Positions 46,979 to 58,216 of a stretch of 64,000 bases of DNA are shown here, piece after piece (position 1 is the stretch's first letter; the number at the start of each line of letters is the position of its first letter). Both the position numbers and the translations under genes were made by a program. Source of the stretch: Actinomycetes bacterium (GTDB lineage: Bacteria; Actinomycetota; Thermoleophilia; BMS3ABIN01); the NCBI GenBank assembly GCA_021787475.1, contig JAJYLW010000011.1, positions 2,741-66,740 on the forward strand. Reading direction: 5' to 3'. The notes under the pieces are model-generated. The model made no database searches and was not told where the DNA came from. It saw only the letters and a list, made by a program, of their open reading frames with translations.

Positions 46979-47455
46979 GTGCGGGTTTTTTTATTTATCT
47001 ACACGCTTTACATGCTGGCGATTAGCATCCTGACGCTGGGGCTGGCGCCGCGCGCGCTGAGAGACCTGGGCCAGGAGCGCCAGCGCCTGCGGAAAGAAGC
47101 TCCCGGGGCCAACTTTGAAGCCATGGTCGAGGTGGGCTACCGCGTCAATGTTTTCCTGCTGTTAACCGAGATCTTTTACTATTACCTGCTGCTCGGGTTC
47201 GGCGGGCCCAGGTGGCAATTCCTCTATGGGGGATTTGTGTTTGGGATAATTCATATCGGCTACCTGATCGCGAGCCGCATGGAAAAAAGAAGGCTTTCGC
47301 GCGGGACCACCAGAACCGCGGCGGCCCGTTTTCTCATCTGGCTGACGGCGATTCTGACCGTCGTGGAGATCGCTTTCCTGGGATATGCGGCATTTCTGCT
47401 GCTCGGGCCTGAGCCCGCCGCCGGGATGATCGTTAGAGCCTGTCTCAGTGGGTAA
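46979..47455 (+). CDS. Hypothetical membrane protein
   Basis: Four hydrophobic segments. Confidence 0.65.
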   Translation: MRVFLFIYTLYMLAISILTLGLAPRALRDLGQERQRLRKEAPGANFEAMVEVGYRVNVFLLLTEIFYYYLLLGFGGPRWQFLYGGFVFGIIHIGYLIASRMEKRRLSRGTTRTAAARFLIWLTAILTVVEIAFLGYAAFLLLGPEPAAGMIVRACLSG

Positions 47456-47476
47456 CTCCTGGCGAGGCCAACCCTG

Positions 47477-47734
47477 TCATTCTTCGACCGGGGTGATCAT
47501 TTCAATTTTTCGCAAATTCACCGCCAGGAAAGCAACCGAGCTGATTGCAGCCTTGGGCTGGCCGGCGGTGTATACATCAGCTTCCGTGACGGAGAGGAAC
47601 GAGAGCTCTTTTTGGTTAAGCAAATCGGAAAGGCGACTGCGGTAGGACACTGAAGGCGGGTGCACCGTGCCGACAATAATGTGGCGGTCCGTTTCGATCC
47701 TGACCTTGACGCTCTCGGTTTTTAACTTGACCAT
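47477..47734 (-). CDS. Small hypothetical protein (DUF6812-like)
   Basis: RLSDLLNQKELSFLSVTEA, FLAVN pattern. Confidence 0.6.
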   Translation of the reverse strand: MVKLKTESVKVRIETDRHIIVGTVHPPSVSYRSRLSDLLNQKELSFLSVTEADVYTAGQPKAAISSVAFLAVNLRKIEMITPVEE

Positions 47735-47794
47735 GGTTCAAAGAATTTGACACTCAGGCGCGGCAGCCGAAAGCAAGCCGGGTTTTGGAAACCA

Positions 47795-48796
47795 TCAGGA
47801 AACTGCAAGCCGCTGCCTGTTGTGTGCGATACTGACCCGGTTGCGGCCGGCGTTTTTGGAGACGTAGAGAAGCTGATCGACCTTGTCAAGCAACTCTTCC
47901 CGCGATGACGCTCCCAGAGGATAGCTGGCGACGCCGGCGCTGACGGTAATCCTCGTGCCAGCGCCGCCGCCAACCGGCACCTTTACCCGGGATATTTCCC
48001 GGCGCAGGCGCCCGGCGGTCTCTATGCCCGCCGACTCGTCGCCCGGAATTAAAAGAACGAACTCTTCCCCGCCAAACCGGGCGGCAATGTCGGACCCCCG
48101 TTTCTCACGCTTAAGAATAGCGGCAACCGCCTTTAAGGCCTCATTGCCTGCTTGATGGCCAAAATGATCATTAAACTGTTTAAAATGATCAACGTCAAGC
48201 ATGACGAGCGTAACTGCGCCGCCGTACCTTCCCGCCCGGTGAATCTCACGGTCCAGGCATTCCATAAAGTGCCCGTAATTATAAAGGCCGGTAAGAGAAT
48301 CGGTCAGCGAAGAGCGGAGAGTGTGCCGTTGCGCCAGCTTTTGTCGCCGCTGGCCCCATCCCAGTCCCAGTCCAATGGCGGTAAAGGTAACCAGCGCTAT
48401 TATCTGGGCGGAGCTTTTTTCAAAAGAAGTCTGCACAAGAAGAAGCGAGGCCAAAAAAACCGCCACCAGCACGCCCGCTTCATAGAAAAACCAGGCCGAC
48501 AATAAAATCGGCGCCGCCAGCAGCGGCCAGAGGTCTTCCTCGCCCATTGCCTTGAGCCCGACCCAGAGAACAAAGAAGGCGGCAATGATAACAAGCAGGA
48601 TCTTGAGACGTCGGTGCGCCGAGCTGCCCGTGTCCGTATGTTTTAAATGAAAGGCAAGCTTGCCCCCGACCGGCTGCCAGAAAACGGGATTTCTGACCGG
48701 ACGGCTTCTTTTTTTGTGGCGCCGTTCGGCTTGCGGTGTAGCGGTTCGTGCCGCCCGGCGGCAATCCATCGAGCCCGTTTCATTCGCAAGGGTCAT
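47795..48796 (-). CDS. Membrane diguanylate cyclase (GGEEF)
   Basis: DSLTGLYN, LDVDHFKQFND, ARFGGEEF, SAGVA. Confidence 0.9.
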   Translation of the reverse strand: MTLANETGSMDCRRAARTATPQAERRHKKRSRPVRNPVFWQPVGGKLAFHLKHTDTGSSAHRRLKILLVIIAAFFVLWVGLKAMGEEDLWPLLAAPILLSAWFFYEAGVLVAVFLASLLLVQTSFEKSSAQIIALVTFTAIGLGLGWGQRRQKLAQRHTLRSSLTDSLTGLYNYGHFMECLDREIHRAGRYGGAVTLVMLDVDHFKQFNDHFGHQAGNEALKAVAAILKREKRGSDIAARFGGEEFVLLIPGDESAGIETAGRLRREISRVKVPVGGGAGTRITVSAGVASYPLGASSREELLDKVDQLLYVSKNAGRNRVSIAHNRQRLAVS

Positions 48797-48817
48797 AGGA
48801 TAAGCCTTCGAATATCC

Positions 48818-48853
48818 TTTTGAGACAGTCTCTTATTTTGAGATGGTCTCTTA
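48818..48853. repeat. 18-bp tandem repeat with internal palindromes
   Basis: TTTTGAGACAGTCTCTTA / TTTTGAGATGGTCTCTTA. Confidence 0.75.
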
Positions 48854-48945
48854 AACGCTTCTTATTACTCTCCTCTGGACCTTTTTCCTTTGCGATGGAT
48901 GGAATTCGTCTGCAATGCGGCGTCAAACCGGCGAAAAACTTGCGA

Positions 48946-51234
48946 CTAACCGCATCGCGAAAAACCGCAAGAGCGGCAAAAAACACACCCTTCGCCAAAC
49001 TCAAGCCCGGTGCTGCCGCACTCGGGGCACTCGGGGCAGTGAGCCAGCGCGGCCGAAGATGGCAATCCGGTAGCCGCAGCGCCATCGGCCAGCTCCGGCG
49101 CTTTCTCCAAATGCGCCAGCAGCGCCTGGGCAATTGCGTCCGGACAGGAATTTACCCTGACCCCTTCGCCAAAGCCGGGCGTCGGGCAGCGGATTCCCTT
49201 GACAGATTTTATCACTGCGTCAACCGCGACTCCGGACCTGAGGGCCAGGGAGATCAACCTCGCAATCGCCTCCGACTGGGCTCCCTTGCAGCCGCCGGCA
49301 AGTCCCATTGAAGAGAAAACCTCAAACAGGCCATGCTCATCCTGGTTGATAGTCACATAAATGTTGCCGCAGCCGGAAGTGAGTTTGTGTGTCCCGCCAG
49401 TAATGAAACCGGGGCGGGGGCGCGGTTTGACCTGACCGGGCGCAGCCACAGGTTCTTTCCCTTTGACGCCGCCAATGTTAAGCACCTGCACCTCGCGGCT
49501 GCCGTCCCTGTAGATGGTGACGCCCTTGCAGCCTGTCCGGTAGGCGAGCTTGTAAACCTGTTCGACATCCTCAGTCGTGGCGTCATGGGGAAAATTAACC
49601 GTCTTCGAAACAGCATTGTCAGTATGTTTCTGGAACGCTGCCTGCATGCGAACATGCCACTCGGGAGAAACGTCGTGCGCGGTTACAAACAATGACTTGA
49701 TATCATCCGGAATCTCTGGCAAATCCTGTATGCTGCCCTTCCTGGCGATCTCTTTCATTAATTCTTCGCTATAAAAACCGCCGTCTTTCGCCATCTGCTC
49801 AAAGGAGCGGTGCACTTCAACCATCTCCGTGTTATCAAGGACGTTCCTGATGTAGGAAACCGCAAACAGCGGCTCAATGCCGCTGGAGCATCCGGCAATG
49901 ATGCTCAGCGTTCCCGTGGGGGCAATTGTGGTAGTGGTGGCGTTGCGCACCTCGGAATCATCGTTAATATCAAAAATGCTGCCGCTGAAGTTGGGGAAAA
50001 CTCCCCGCTGGCGGGCAAGCTGTTCGGAGCTCCGGCGCGCCTGCTCCTGAATAAAAGCCATAACCTCCTCGGCCACGGCAACGGCCTCTTCGGAGTTGTA
50101 AGGAATGCCGAGTTCGATGAGCATGTCGGCAAATCCCATCAGCCCCAACCCGATCTTCCGGTTTCCCTTCGTCATCTTCTCGATTTCAGCAAGCGGATAT
50201 TTGTTGACATCAATGACGTTGTCGAGGAAATGAACAGCGCTGTCCACAAGCCGGCCCAGATAGCCATAATCAATTTCACCCGATGAATCAACAACACGCG
50301 CGAGGTTGATCGACCCAAGATTGCAGGATTCGTAAGGCAGCAGCGGCTGTTCGCCGCAAGGATTGGTGCTCTCAATCTCGCCGATGTGAGGCGTTGGATT
50401 GTCACGGTTTATCCGGTCGATAAAAACGATGCCCGGATCTCCATTTTTCCAGGCCAGGTTGACTATCATTTCAAAGACAAGGCGCGCCTTCAGAGCTTTA
50501 ACCTGCTCACCGGTGCGCGGATTGACAAGATCATACTCATCGTCAAGCTCAACCGCCTCCATGAAATCCTCGGTCAAAGCCACGGAAATGTTGAAATTGT
50601 TGAGGCGGTCGTTACTTTGCTTCGCTGTGATGAAATCGAGGATGTCGGGATGATCCACGCGCAGGATGCCCATATTGGCGCCGCGGCGCGTGCCCCCTTG
50701 TTTGATCGTCTCGGTGGCGGCGTCGAAGACCGTCATGAAAGATATGGGACCGCTGGAAACGCCTTTGGTTGACAGCACGACATCATTGCTCGGCCGGATG
50801 CGGGAAAAGGAAAAGCCGGTGCCGCCCCCGCTTTTGTGAATAAGGGCAGTATGTTTTATCGCCGTAAAGATGCTCTCCATCGAATCGCCGACGGGCAGGA
50901 CAAAACAGGCAGACAGCTGTCCCAGCTCCCGGCCGGCATTCATCAGGGTGGGAGAGTTGGGGAGGAATTCGAGCCTTGCCATTATGCGGTAAAACTCTTC
51001 CTCCATGTCTCCTGCATCAGCATCAGGATTGTAAAGCAGGTCGGCCGCAGCGATAGTGTGAGCCACACGCCGGAACATCTCCGCCGGCGTCTCAGTCGGC
51101 CGGCCTTCCTCATCCTTCTTCAAGTACCGTTTCTCCAGCACTTTCACAGCATTCGCAGAAAGCTGGGGCTGAAGTGGCAAGGCAGAAATGCGGGGACCCT
51201 TGCCGGCTACCCTTTGAGTCTGGTTAACAGCCAT
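48946..51234 (-). CDS. nrdJ: Class II (B12-dependent) ribonucleotide reductase with TSCPD-like C-terminus
   Basis: [34 protein letters not shown]; no beta subunit nearby. Confidence 0.9.
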   Translation of the reverse strand: MAVNQTQRVAGKGPRISALPLQPQLSANAVKVLEKRYLKKDEEGRPTETPAEMFRRVAHTIAAADLLYNPDADAGDMEEEFYRIMARLEFLPNSPTLMNAGRELGQLSACFVLPVGDSMESIFTAIKHTALIHKSGGGTGFSFSRIRPSNDVVLSTKGVSSGPISFMTVFDAATETIKQGGTRRGANMGILRVDHPDILDFITAKQSNDRLNNFNISVALTEDFMEAVELDDEYDLVNPRTGEQVKALKARLVFEMIVNLAWKNGDPGIVFIDRINRDNPTPHIGEIESTNPCGEQPLLPYESCNLGSINLARVVDSSGEIDYGYLGRLVDSAVHFLDNVIDVNKYPLAEIEKMTKGNRKIGLGLMGFADMLIELGIPYNSEEAVAVAEEVMAFIQEQARRSSEQLARQRGVFPNFSGSIFDINDDSEVRNATTTTIAPTGTLSIIAGCSSGIEPLFAVSYIRNVLDNTEMVEVHRSFEQMAKDGGFYSEELMKEIARKGSIQDLPEIPDDIKSLFVTAHDVSPEWHVRMQAAFQKHTDNAVSKTVNFPHDATTEDVEQVYKLAYRTGCKGVTIYRDGSREVQVLNIGGVKGKEPVAAPGQVKPRPRPGFITGGTHKLTSGCGNIYVTINQDEHGLFEVFSSMGLAGGCKGAQSEAIARLISLALRSGVAVDAVIKSVKGIRCPTPGFGEGVRVNSCPDAIAQALLAHLEKAPELADGAAATGLPSSAALAHCPECPECGSTGLEFGEGCVFCRSCGFSRCG

Positions 51235-51338
51235 TTGTTTTTCCCCTTTCAGCATACCGCCGGCATTATACGCCGCCTGCCGGACAGACTGAGCCGGCAT
51301 GCCGCTCCATGGGTCCCCCGCCACGGAAACCGTTTATG

Positions 51339-51782
51339 TCACAATCCTGACAGTTCCTTCTCAAACTCTTCCACGTTCTCGAAATGCCGATACACTGACG
51401 CAAAACGCACGTATGCAACCTTGTCCTGACTTTTTAATTTTGCCAATGTTCTTTCACCGATCTCCACAGAGGGCACTTCCGTCTTGAATTCGTTGCGCAG
51501 GTCCGTCTCAATCGCATCGACAAGCTTCTCCAGCATTGCGGCCTCAATGGGGCGCTTTTCGCAAGCCCTCATCATCCCTTCCAGCAATTTGGCACGGGAA
51601 AATACCTCCCGATCGCCCCCCCGCTTTATCACAAACAGAGGGACTTCTTCGACCCGTTCGTAAGTGGTAAAACGGCGCCGGCACCCCAAACATTCCCGCC
51701 GCCTGCGGATCGCGTCCCGGACCTCGTTATCCCGGGAATCAATTACCTTCGTCTCCTGGGATTCACAAAAAGGGCACTTCAC
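51339..51782 (-). CDS. nrdR: Transcriptional repressor NrdR
   Basis: CPFC, RRRRECLGC, RFTTYE, AYVRFASVY. Confidence 0.97.
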   Translation of the reverse strand: MKCPFCESQETKVIDSRDNEVRDAIRRRRECLGCRRRFTTYERVEEVPLFVIKRGGDREVFSRAKLLEGMMRACEKRPIEAAMLEKLVDAIETDLRNEFKTEVPSVEIGERTLAKLKSQDKVAYVRFASVYRHFENVEEFEKELSGL

Positions 51783-51788
51783 AGGATT

Positions 51789-51835
51789 AACTACATATAG
51801 GGTTTAATAAACATTGAATATACAACATTTCGTGT
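51789..51835. promoter_or_regulatory. Tandem NrdR boxes
   Basis: AACTACATATAGGGTT (51789-51804) and ATACAACATTTCGTGT (51820-51835), 31 bp apart, upstream of nrdR-nrdJ. Confidence 0.85.
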
Positions 51836-51971
51836 TTTCCCGCCGTTTTCCTGCATCATTGAATGCTACAACGAAGGTGATGATCGGTAAAGGGCCGAAT
51901 AGAAAAGTTTTAGGCGCAAATTGCAATAATTTGTCAAGCCAATGTATAAACCTAAGGTACAGCCTTATATT

Positions 51972-53771
51972 TTATTGGCGGCGGCCCTGCTCCAGCCGCT
52001 CAGGAAGAACGGATGGGTCGGTCACGGGAGCCTGGCAGCTTGCGCCGATGCAAATGTAGGCAACCGGCCGGCCGGCATAACCGAAACCGGAGGCTTCCAG
52101 GTCCTCGCCATGAGTCTCTGGATCGATCACCTCCACGGAACGAAAGGGCAGACGGGCCCGGTGAGCCGCTCCAATCATCAACACGGTGGCATCGTCGTCA
52201 TCCGCGCCGACAATTGTCACCCGCACGGGCGGATCCAGAAGGCGTTGGACGGCTGTCGCGTAGTCTGCCGCCATTATGCCCTTCTCCTTGTATATGGATC
52301 CGAAATAAGTAAGCGCCCGGCGCGCCGCATTGCCAAAATGAGGCTGGCCGGTAGACTGGGCCAGGCGGATCAGGGCAGCGGCAGCGACGCTGTTCTCCGT
52401 GATTGGCTTGTCCTTCTCGGCCAGCAGGCCGCCTGCGCCCAAAGCCTTGACGCAATCGAAAAAGCCGCCGTTTTCCACGTCTTCAAGGTTTGCCAGGAGC
52501 CACTTCGCGACCTGAATGGCCCTGTCCAACCATAATTCGCCGGCGCCGCTCTCATAAGCGTCAATGCAGGCCGCCAGCAAGGGGGAGACATCAGCAAGCA
52601 GCCCGGCCAGGCGCGGTTTCCCATCCGCATAATAATGGCTGGGACCTGTCTCCCCGCTCCAGAGCCTGTCCCAGACAAGCTCAAGCGCCGCTACGGCGGT
52701 GCGGCGAAATTCCATGTCACCAAATATCTGGAATGACCGCAAAAGAACGGAGGCGGCGGCGGCATTGGAGCCGGTGTAAACGGCGCGGTCCAGGCGCGGC
52801 GCCTTTCTTTTTTCCCGCTCGAGCGCGTCAAGTGAATAATAACGCTCGTCCGAATCCTGGCTGCCAGCAAACGCGCCCGTGCCGAGGTCAAGCAGCACCG
52901 TGCCCAAATAACGATAAATGTCTCTGGCTACGTTTTCATAACCTGGTTCTCCTGTCAGAAAAAATGCCTCAGCGTAAACACTCATCAAAGCCGCGTTATC
53001 CTCAAGCAGCTTTTCATAATGAGGAACGGACCAGTCTCTCATTGTCGAGTACCGGAAAAAACCGCCGCCCGCACGGTCGTATATGCCCCCGGCGGCCATC
53101 GCGTCGAGCGTCGTTTTCAACATTTCTTCGACAGCCTCGATATAGCCGTCAGCGAGCGTTGTCAGTAGAAACGCCAGGGCGGAAGCATAAGGGAACTTTG
53201 GCTCCCGGCCAAAGCCGCCATATTTCCGGTCATAACTTTCGCCGATAATTTTAAGCACATTTGACATCACTTCCGGTCCCGGCTCCGCCGGCGACGGGGC
53301 AGGGCGGTCCCGGCGCTGCTGCTGGATTTCCCGGACGGCCGCATCGACCTTTCCGCCGCTGGACGAATAAAGATCGGCAACGTCAGTTAGCAGCCGCCGC
53401 ATTTGCTCCGTTGAAATATATGTGGTGTTTGCAATCACCTCGCCCTCGGGGGTCAGGAACGCCACGGTCGGCCAGCCGCCTTGGTTATAGCGGCTATTGA
53501 TATCAGGCCTTCGGTCACTGTCAACGCGCACGGGTATGAACTTGCTGCTTATCAGCTGAATCACATCAGTGTCGGAAAAACAGGTCTCATCCATAATATG
53601 GCACCAGTGACACCATGACGCCGAGATTGCCAGCAACACAGGTTTTTTCTGCTCCTCCGACTTGCGCAGGGCCTCGCCGCCCCACTCTTCCCATTTAATT
53701 GACGCTGCCCGGTTTGGACGGGGCGAGAAAATGAACATTTCCTTTTTTGCCTGTTTTTTCCTAACTGCCAT
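51972..53771 (-). CDS. Thioredoxin-domain DUF255 (YyaL/SPATA20-like) protein
   Basis: WCHWCHIM, GGWPT, PKFP, GGFFRYS, PHYEKLLEDNA. Confidence 0.9.
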   Translation of the reverse strand: MAVRKKQAKKEMFIFSPRPNRAASIKWEEWGGEALRKSEEQKKPVLLAISASWCHWCHIMDETCFSDTDVIQLISSKFIPVRVDSDRRPDINSRYNQGGWPTVAFLTPEGEVIANTTYISTEQMRRLLTDVADLYSSSGGKVDAAVREIQQQRRDRPAPSPAEPGPEVMSNVLKIIGESYDRKYGGFGREPKFPYASALAFLLTTLADGYIEAVEEMLKTTLDAMAAGGIYDRAGGGFFRYSTMRDWSVPHYEKLLEDNAALMSVYAEAFFLTGEPGYENVARDIYRYLGTVLLDLGTGAFAGSQDSDERYYSLDALEREKRKAPRLDRAVYTGSNAAAASVLLRSFQIFGDMEFRRTAVAALELVWDRLWSGETGPSHYYADGKPRLAGLLADVSPLLAACIDAYESGAGELWLDRAIQVAKWLLANLEDVENGGFFDCVKALGAGGLLAEKDKPITENSVAAAALIRLAQSTGQPHFGNAARRALTYFGSIYKEKGIMAADYATAVQRLLDPPVRVTIVGADDDDATVLMIGAAHRARLPFRSVEVIDPETHGEDLEASGFGYAGRPVAYICIGASCQAPVTDPSVLPERLEQGRRQ

Positions 53772-53897
53772 TAGCTTTGTGATGGAATTGACATGACCTG
53801 AACATTGTAAACGATAACCTGCAGCAACGTTTAAAAGTTGATAACTTCTGCGATATCCAAAATCCAAAATCCGGCATCCGGGTTTATAATACACGCC

Positions 53898-55274
53898 ATG
53901 GAGAAAAAGCCGACAGTTGCTGCCATCTCCACCCCTCTTGGAGCCGGTGCCATTGGCATCGTGCGCATGACAGGCTTGGAAGCAATCGCTATCTGCAGCC
54001 ATGTATTCCAGGGAAAGCACCGTGTCGAGGAAGCCGTCTCCCACTCGCTTTGCTATGGAAACATCGTCAATCCTGATTCCGGAGAAGCCATTGATGAAGT
54101 TCTGGTTTCAGTGATGAAATCGCCCGGCACCTACACTCGTGAAGATATGGTTGAGGTCAACTGCCATGGCGGTCCGGTGGCACAACAGAAGATACTGGCG
54201 CTGCTCCTGGATCATGGGGCCGAACTGGCGCCGCCCGGGGAATTCACCCGGCGTGCTTTTCTTAACGGTAGAATTGATCTGGCGCAGGCCGAGAGCGTCG
54301 CTCAGATCGTTTCCGCAAAGACAGATGCCGCGCTTAAGGTTGCCATGGCCCAGCTTGAGGGATCGCTTTCCGCCGAGATCAAATCGCTGCGCCAGGAGAT
54401 TTTGGCGGTCCTCGGCGCCCTCGAGGCAGGCCTTGATTTCTCGGACGAAGACATTGAGGATCTCGACCGGGAAGAAGCTGGAGCCCGACTGTCACAGATC
54501 AAGGAGCGCATGGACGAGTTGATCGAGTCTGCCTTTACCGGCCGCATCCTCAGCCATGGCGTCCGCACCGCTATCGTCGGAAAACCAAATGTCGGCAAAT
54601 CAAGCTTGCTCAATGCTCTCTTGATGCGGGATAGGGCGATTGTGACAGAAATACCCGGCACCACCCGCGACACCATCGAGGAGATCATCAACGTCGGCGG
54701 CGTCCCCCTGAAATTGATTGACACCGCCGGCATGGCGCCTGCGAGCGATGTAGTGGAGCAGATAGGCGTCAGCCGCACCCATCAGGCCGTCAGTGAGGCG
54801 GACTTGATTCTCTGCCTTTTTGACGGCAGCGGCCGCGAAGATGACCGCGACCGCGCCTTGCTTACCTCGCTGCCGCCGGAAAAAACGATTTACGTGATAA
54901 ACAAATGTGACCTGTTTCGCGGCCGCTTGCCATTGTTCAATCAGGGTCTGCTTCCATCTCCGCCCGTCATCATCTCCGCCTTTACGCGGCAGGGCCTGCG
55001 TGAGCTAAAAGAAAAAATATCCCACCTGATATTGGGCGAAGCGCTCTGTTTAGCAACTAGCCCAATCGTAGTTCTTGAGCGCCATCAACGGCTGCTTGCC
55101 TCAGCTTCAAAGTGCCTTTTGAAAGTGGAGCAGGGCCTCAGGGTTGGGTTGGGAGAAGAAATTATCTCTGAGGAAGTGCGTGCAGCCCTGGCGGCGCTGG
55201 GAGAGATTACGGGCGAGGAGATGATGGACGACCTGCTCGACGTAATTTTCCGTGAATTCTGTGTTGGCAAGTAA
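53898..55274 (+). CDS. mnmE: tRNA modification GTPase
   Basis: AAISTP, EFTRRAFLNG, GKPNVGKSS, PGTTRD, DTAG, FCVGK. Confidence 0.97.
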   Translation: MEKKPTVAAISTPLGAGAIGIVRMTGLEAIAICSHVFQGKHRVEEAVSHSLCYGNIVNPDSGEAIDEVLVSVMKSPGTYTREDMVEVNCHGGPVAQQKILALLLDHGAELAPPGEFTRRAFLNGRIDLAQAESVAQIVSAKTDAALKVAMAQLEGSLSAEIKSLRQEILAVLGALEAGLDFSDEDIEDLDREEAGARLSQIKERMDELIESAFTGRILSHGVRTAIVGKPNVGKSSLLNALLMRDRAIVTEIPGTTRDTIEEIINVGGVPLKLIDTAGMAPASDVVEQIGVSRTHQAVSEADLILCLFDGSGREDDRDRALLTSLPPEKTIYVINKCDLFRGRLPLFNQGLLPSPPVIISAFTRQGLRELKEKISHLILGEALCLATSPIVVLERHQRLLASASKCLLKVEQGLRVGLGEEIISEEVRAALAALGEITGEEMMDDLLDVIFREFCVGK

Positions 55275-56316
55275 ACCCGTTAATGATAACGTCTACGACG
55301 TTTTGGTTATCGGCGCCGGGCCGGCAGGCTGTGAAGCTTCGGCTGCGGCGTGCCGGGCCGGCGCCGCTGTCTTAACTCTTTGCATTAACGTCGACACAAT
55401 CGGCCTGCACCCGGGTAGCCCCGTTATCGCCAAAAGCAATGATGACCCGCGTTTCCTCCTCCTTGAAGAACTTAGCAATCTGGCCGGCCTGCTTCCTCTG
55501 ATCCTTCGCAGCAAAAAAGTTGCCGCGGCGGAAATTTCAAGCACGGGGATGATCGCCGAGCGGCGCCGGCTCAGCCTGGCCTATCAGGAAGCACTGCAAT
55601 TTGAAGATGTTGAAATCAGGCAGGCGCTCGTTACTTCTCTCAGGCGGACAGAGGAGTGCTGGGTTGTGGACGCCAACTTTGGCGAACGCTTTAAAACCGC
55701 GTGCGTCGTGATGGCGGCAGGCACCTTCCTAGGTGGGGTGATCGAAGCAGGAAATTCTTTATCCCCTGGCGGCCGCCGGGGCGAAATCCCTGCCAACGCC
55801 CTGGCCCGCTGCCTAGACGAACTGGGCCTGAAAACCGAGCGGGTCCGGGCCGTCGCCTCGCCGCACCTTGATTCCAGAAGCTTGCATGCAGGCGGCAAGC
55901 GCTGTCCTCCTGTTCAATGGCCGCCTGAAATCGCGCCCAGTGAAATTTACGGGAACAATTTCAAAACTGACGAAAACTGCGCGGTCGCCCTGTCCAGCCT
56001 GCGCGCCGATTTTCCGGGGGCGTGGATAACACGCGCAGGGTACACGGTTCATCATCAGGCGCTCGCGGCAAATCAGATTGATAAAACCCTTGAAGCCAAG
56101 GCGTTGCCGGGGTTGTTTTTTGCCGGCCGGGCCGCCGGCTGCATGTACTTTTCAGAGGCGGCGGTCCTGGGCGCCATTGCCGGAAAGAACGCGGCTTGCA
56201 GGGCCTTGGGCCGGGAGTCGCTCTTACCGGGTCCGGCCAGCGGTATTTCCGCCTTGCTCTGCGGCGCTGTCGCCCACTATATAACCAGGCCGGCTTCTAT
56301 ATTAACACAAATATAA
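55252..56316 (+). CDS. Short MnmG/GidA-like flavoprotein paralog
   Basis: GAGPAGCEA FAD motif, AGTFLGG, RAGY, LFFAG; lacks CNP motif and C-terminal domain. Confidence 0.75.
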   Translation: MNSVLASKPVNDNVYDVLVIGAGPAGCEASAAACRAGAAVLTLCINVDTIGLHPGSPVIAKSNDDPRFLLLEELSNLAGLLPLILRSKKVAAAEISSTGMIAERRRLSLAYQEALQFEDVEIRQALVTSLRRTEECWVVDANFGERFKTACVVMAAGTFLGGVIEAGNSLSPGGRRGEIPANALARCLDELGLKTERVRAVASPHLDSRSLHAGGKRCPPVQWPPEIAPSEIYGNNFKTDENCAVALSSLRADFPGAWITRAGYTVHHQALAANQIDKTLEAKALPGLFFAGRAAGCMYFSEAAVLGAIAGKNAACRALGRESLLPGPASGISALLCGAVAHYITRPASILTQI

Positions 56317-56334
56317 CACCAAATTACTATTAAA

Positions 56335-58215
56335 ATGACAAAAATGGCCGGTCACTCGCTTCCTGAATTTGATGTAGCCGTTGTCGGCGGCGGACACGCC
56401 GGTTGTGAAGCGGCGCTGGCGGCGGCCCGGATGGGCTGCTCAACCCTGCTTATAACTCTTGACCTTGACAAAATTGCTCTTATGCCCTGCAACCCTGCCG
56501 TAGGCGGAGTCGGCAAGGGCCAGCTCACCAGGGAGATCGATGCGCTCGGCGGCCAGCAAGGCAGAAATGCCGACAGCGCGTTTATTCAAATGAAGATGCT
56601 AAACACGGGGAAGGGGCCGGCAGTGCAGGCCCTCCGGGCGCAAACCGACAAAAAACTATATGAAGACAACATGAAACATGCGCTCGTCTCGGAGCCCCTG
56701 CTGCAGCTCCTCGAAGCCGCAATCACAGAATTAATTGTTTCACGTGAAACAATTCATGGAATCAGCTTAAAGGATGGCAGCATCTTGCCTGCAAAAACCG
56801 TGATTCTGGCCTGCGGCACTTTTTTACGAGGGAAAATTGTAATCGGCGACCTCTCTTTTCCGGCGGGCAGAATGGGAGAGCCGCCAGCCAGCGAGCTATC
56901 CGCGAGCCTGACCAGTGCCGGGCTTGAGCTGGGCAGATTCCAGTCGGCAACGCCTCCGCGTGTTGACGCAAGGTCTCTCAATACCGACAGAATGCAAATC
57001 GAGCCGGGGGACAGGAATCCTGCAACCTTTTCACCTTTCTCAAAATCAAATAGCCGGGCGCAAATGCCTTGTTTTCTAACTTATACTACAGAGAAAACTC
57101 ATGAAATTGTGAGAAAATACCTTCATCTTTCCCCGATAAAGACAGGCTCAATTAGCGGAAAAGGTCCGCGCTACTGTCCGTCCATCGACCGAAAAGTAAT
57201 CAATTTCCCGCAGAGGAACAGACATCCCGTATTCGTAGAACCCGAAGGGCGGCGGACGAATGAGATGTATTTGCAGGGACTCACCACGAGTATGCCGGTC
57301 TGGGTCCAGGAAAAAATTGTCAGGGCAACGCCCGGTCTGGAAAGCGCCCTCATTATCCGTCCAGGATATGCGGTTGAATATGATTACGTCATTCCCAACC
57401 AGCTGAAGCTTTCACTGGAGAGCAAAAGGATTGCCGGCCTGTTTCTCGCCGGTCAGATTAATGGCACGTCAGGATATGAAGAAGCCGCCGCCCAGGGTTT
57501 AATTGCTGGCATCAACGCCGCGCTTTTCGTTAAAGGCGAAGCTCCTTTTATTCTGAAGCGCAGCCAGGCATACATCGGCGTCCTGATAGATGACCTGGTG
57601 ACAAAAGAAGTGGACGAACCCTACCGCATATTTACTTCCAGAGCAGAATACCGTCTCATGCTCAGGCATGACAACGCCCACGCGAGGCTGTCTTCACTTG
57701 GCCATCGCCTCGGCCTCATCTCCAATGAGAGATATTTATTGGTATCAGATGAACAGTTGCGGCTTGAGAAATTTATCACGGCACTGTCAAGAACAGTAAT
57801 TCCGGCATGCGAAAACGTTAACAGGCGCCTGGCCGCGCTGGGCTCCGCTCCGTTGACAAAGTCACAAACGGCGTCACAACTGCTTAAGCGGCCCGAGATC
57901 TCATTACAAGATTTACATCCTATTCTTGACAACCGCGTCGATGAGCAAGCTCGGATACGGCGGCGGGCGGAAATCGAAATCAAATACTCAGGCTATATTG
58001 ACCGCCAGCTTGAGATTATCAACCACAAAAACGGCATGGAAGAAACGCCGATACCGGAAAGCCTTGCATTTGATCATTTGAAAGGGATAAGCATGGAGGC
58101 GCGTGAAAAACTGACCCGATTCCGCCCTGCCAACCTTGGGCAGGCTTCGCGTATTGCCGGCGTATCACCTGCTGATATATCCGTTCTCTCGCTTTATTTG
58201 AAAACGAGGCAATAA
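56335..58215 (+). CDS. mnmG: tRNA uridine-5-carboxymethylaminomethyl modification enzyme
   Basis: [42 protein letters not shown]. Confidence 0.97.
   Translation: MTKMAGHSLPEFDVAVVGGGHAGCEAALAAARMGCSTLLITLDLDKIALMPCNPAVGGVGKGQLTREIDALGGQQGRNADSAFIQMKMLNTGKGPAVQALRAQTDKKLYEDNMKHALVSEPLLQLLEAAITELIVSRETIHGISLKDGSILPAKTVILACGTFLRGKIVIGDLSFPAGRMGEPPASELSASLTSAGLELGRFQSATPPRVDARSLNTDRMQIEPGDRNPATFSPFSKSNSRAQMPCFLTYTTEKTHEIVRKYLHLSPIKTGSISGKGPRYCPSIDRKVINFPQRNRHPVFVEPEGRRTNEMYLQGLTTSMPVWVQEKIVRATPGLESALIIRPGYAVEYDYVIPNQLKLSLESKRIAGLFLAGQINGTSGYEEAAAQGLIAGINAALFVKGEAPFILKRSQAYIGVLIDDLVTKEVDEPYRIFTSRAEYRLMLRHDNAHARLSSLGHRLGLISNERYLLVSDEQLRLEKFITALSRTVIPACENVNRRLAALGSAPLTKSQTASQLLKRPEISLQDLHPILDNRVDEQARIRRRAEIEIKYSGYIDRQLEIINHKNGMEETPIPESLAFDHLKGISMEAREKLTRFRPANLGQASRIAGVSPADISVLSLYLKTRQ
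56736..56751. promoter_or_regulatory. parS: parS site
   Basis: Perfect TGTTTCACGTGAAACA, palindrome extends to 22 bp (56733-56754), inside mnmG. Confidence 0.92.
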
Positions 58216-58216
58216 A

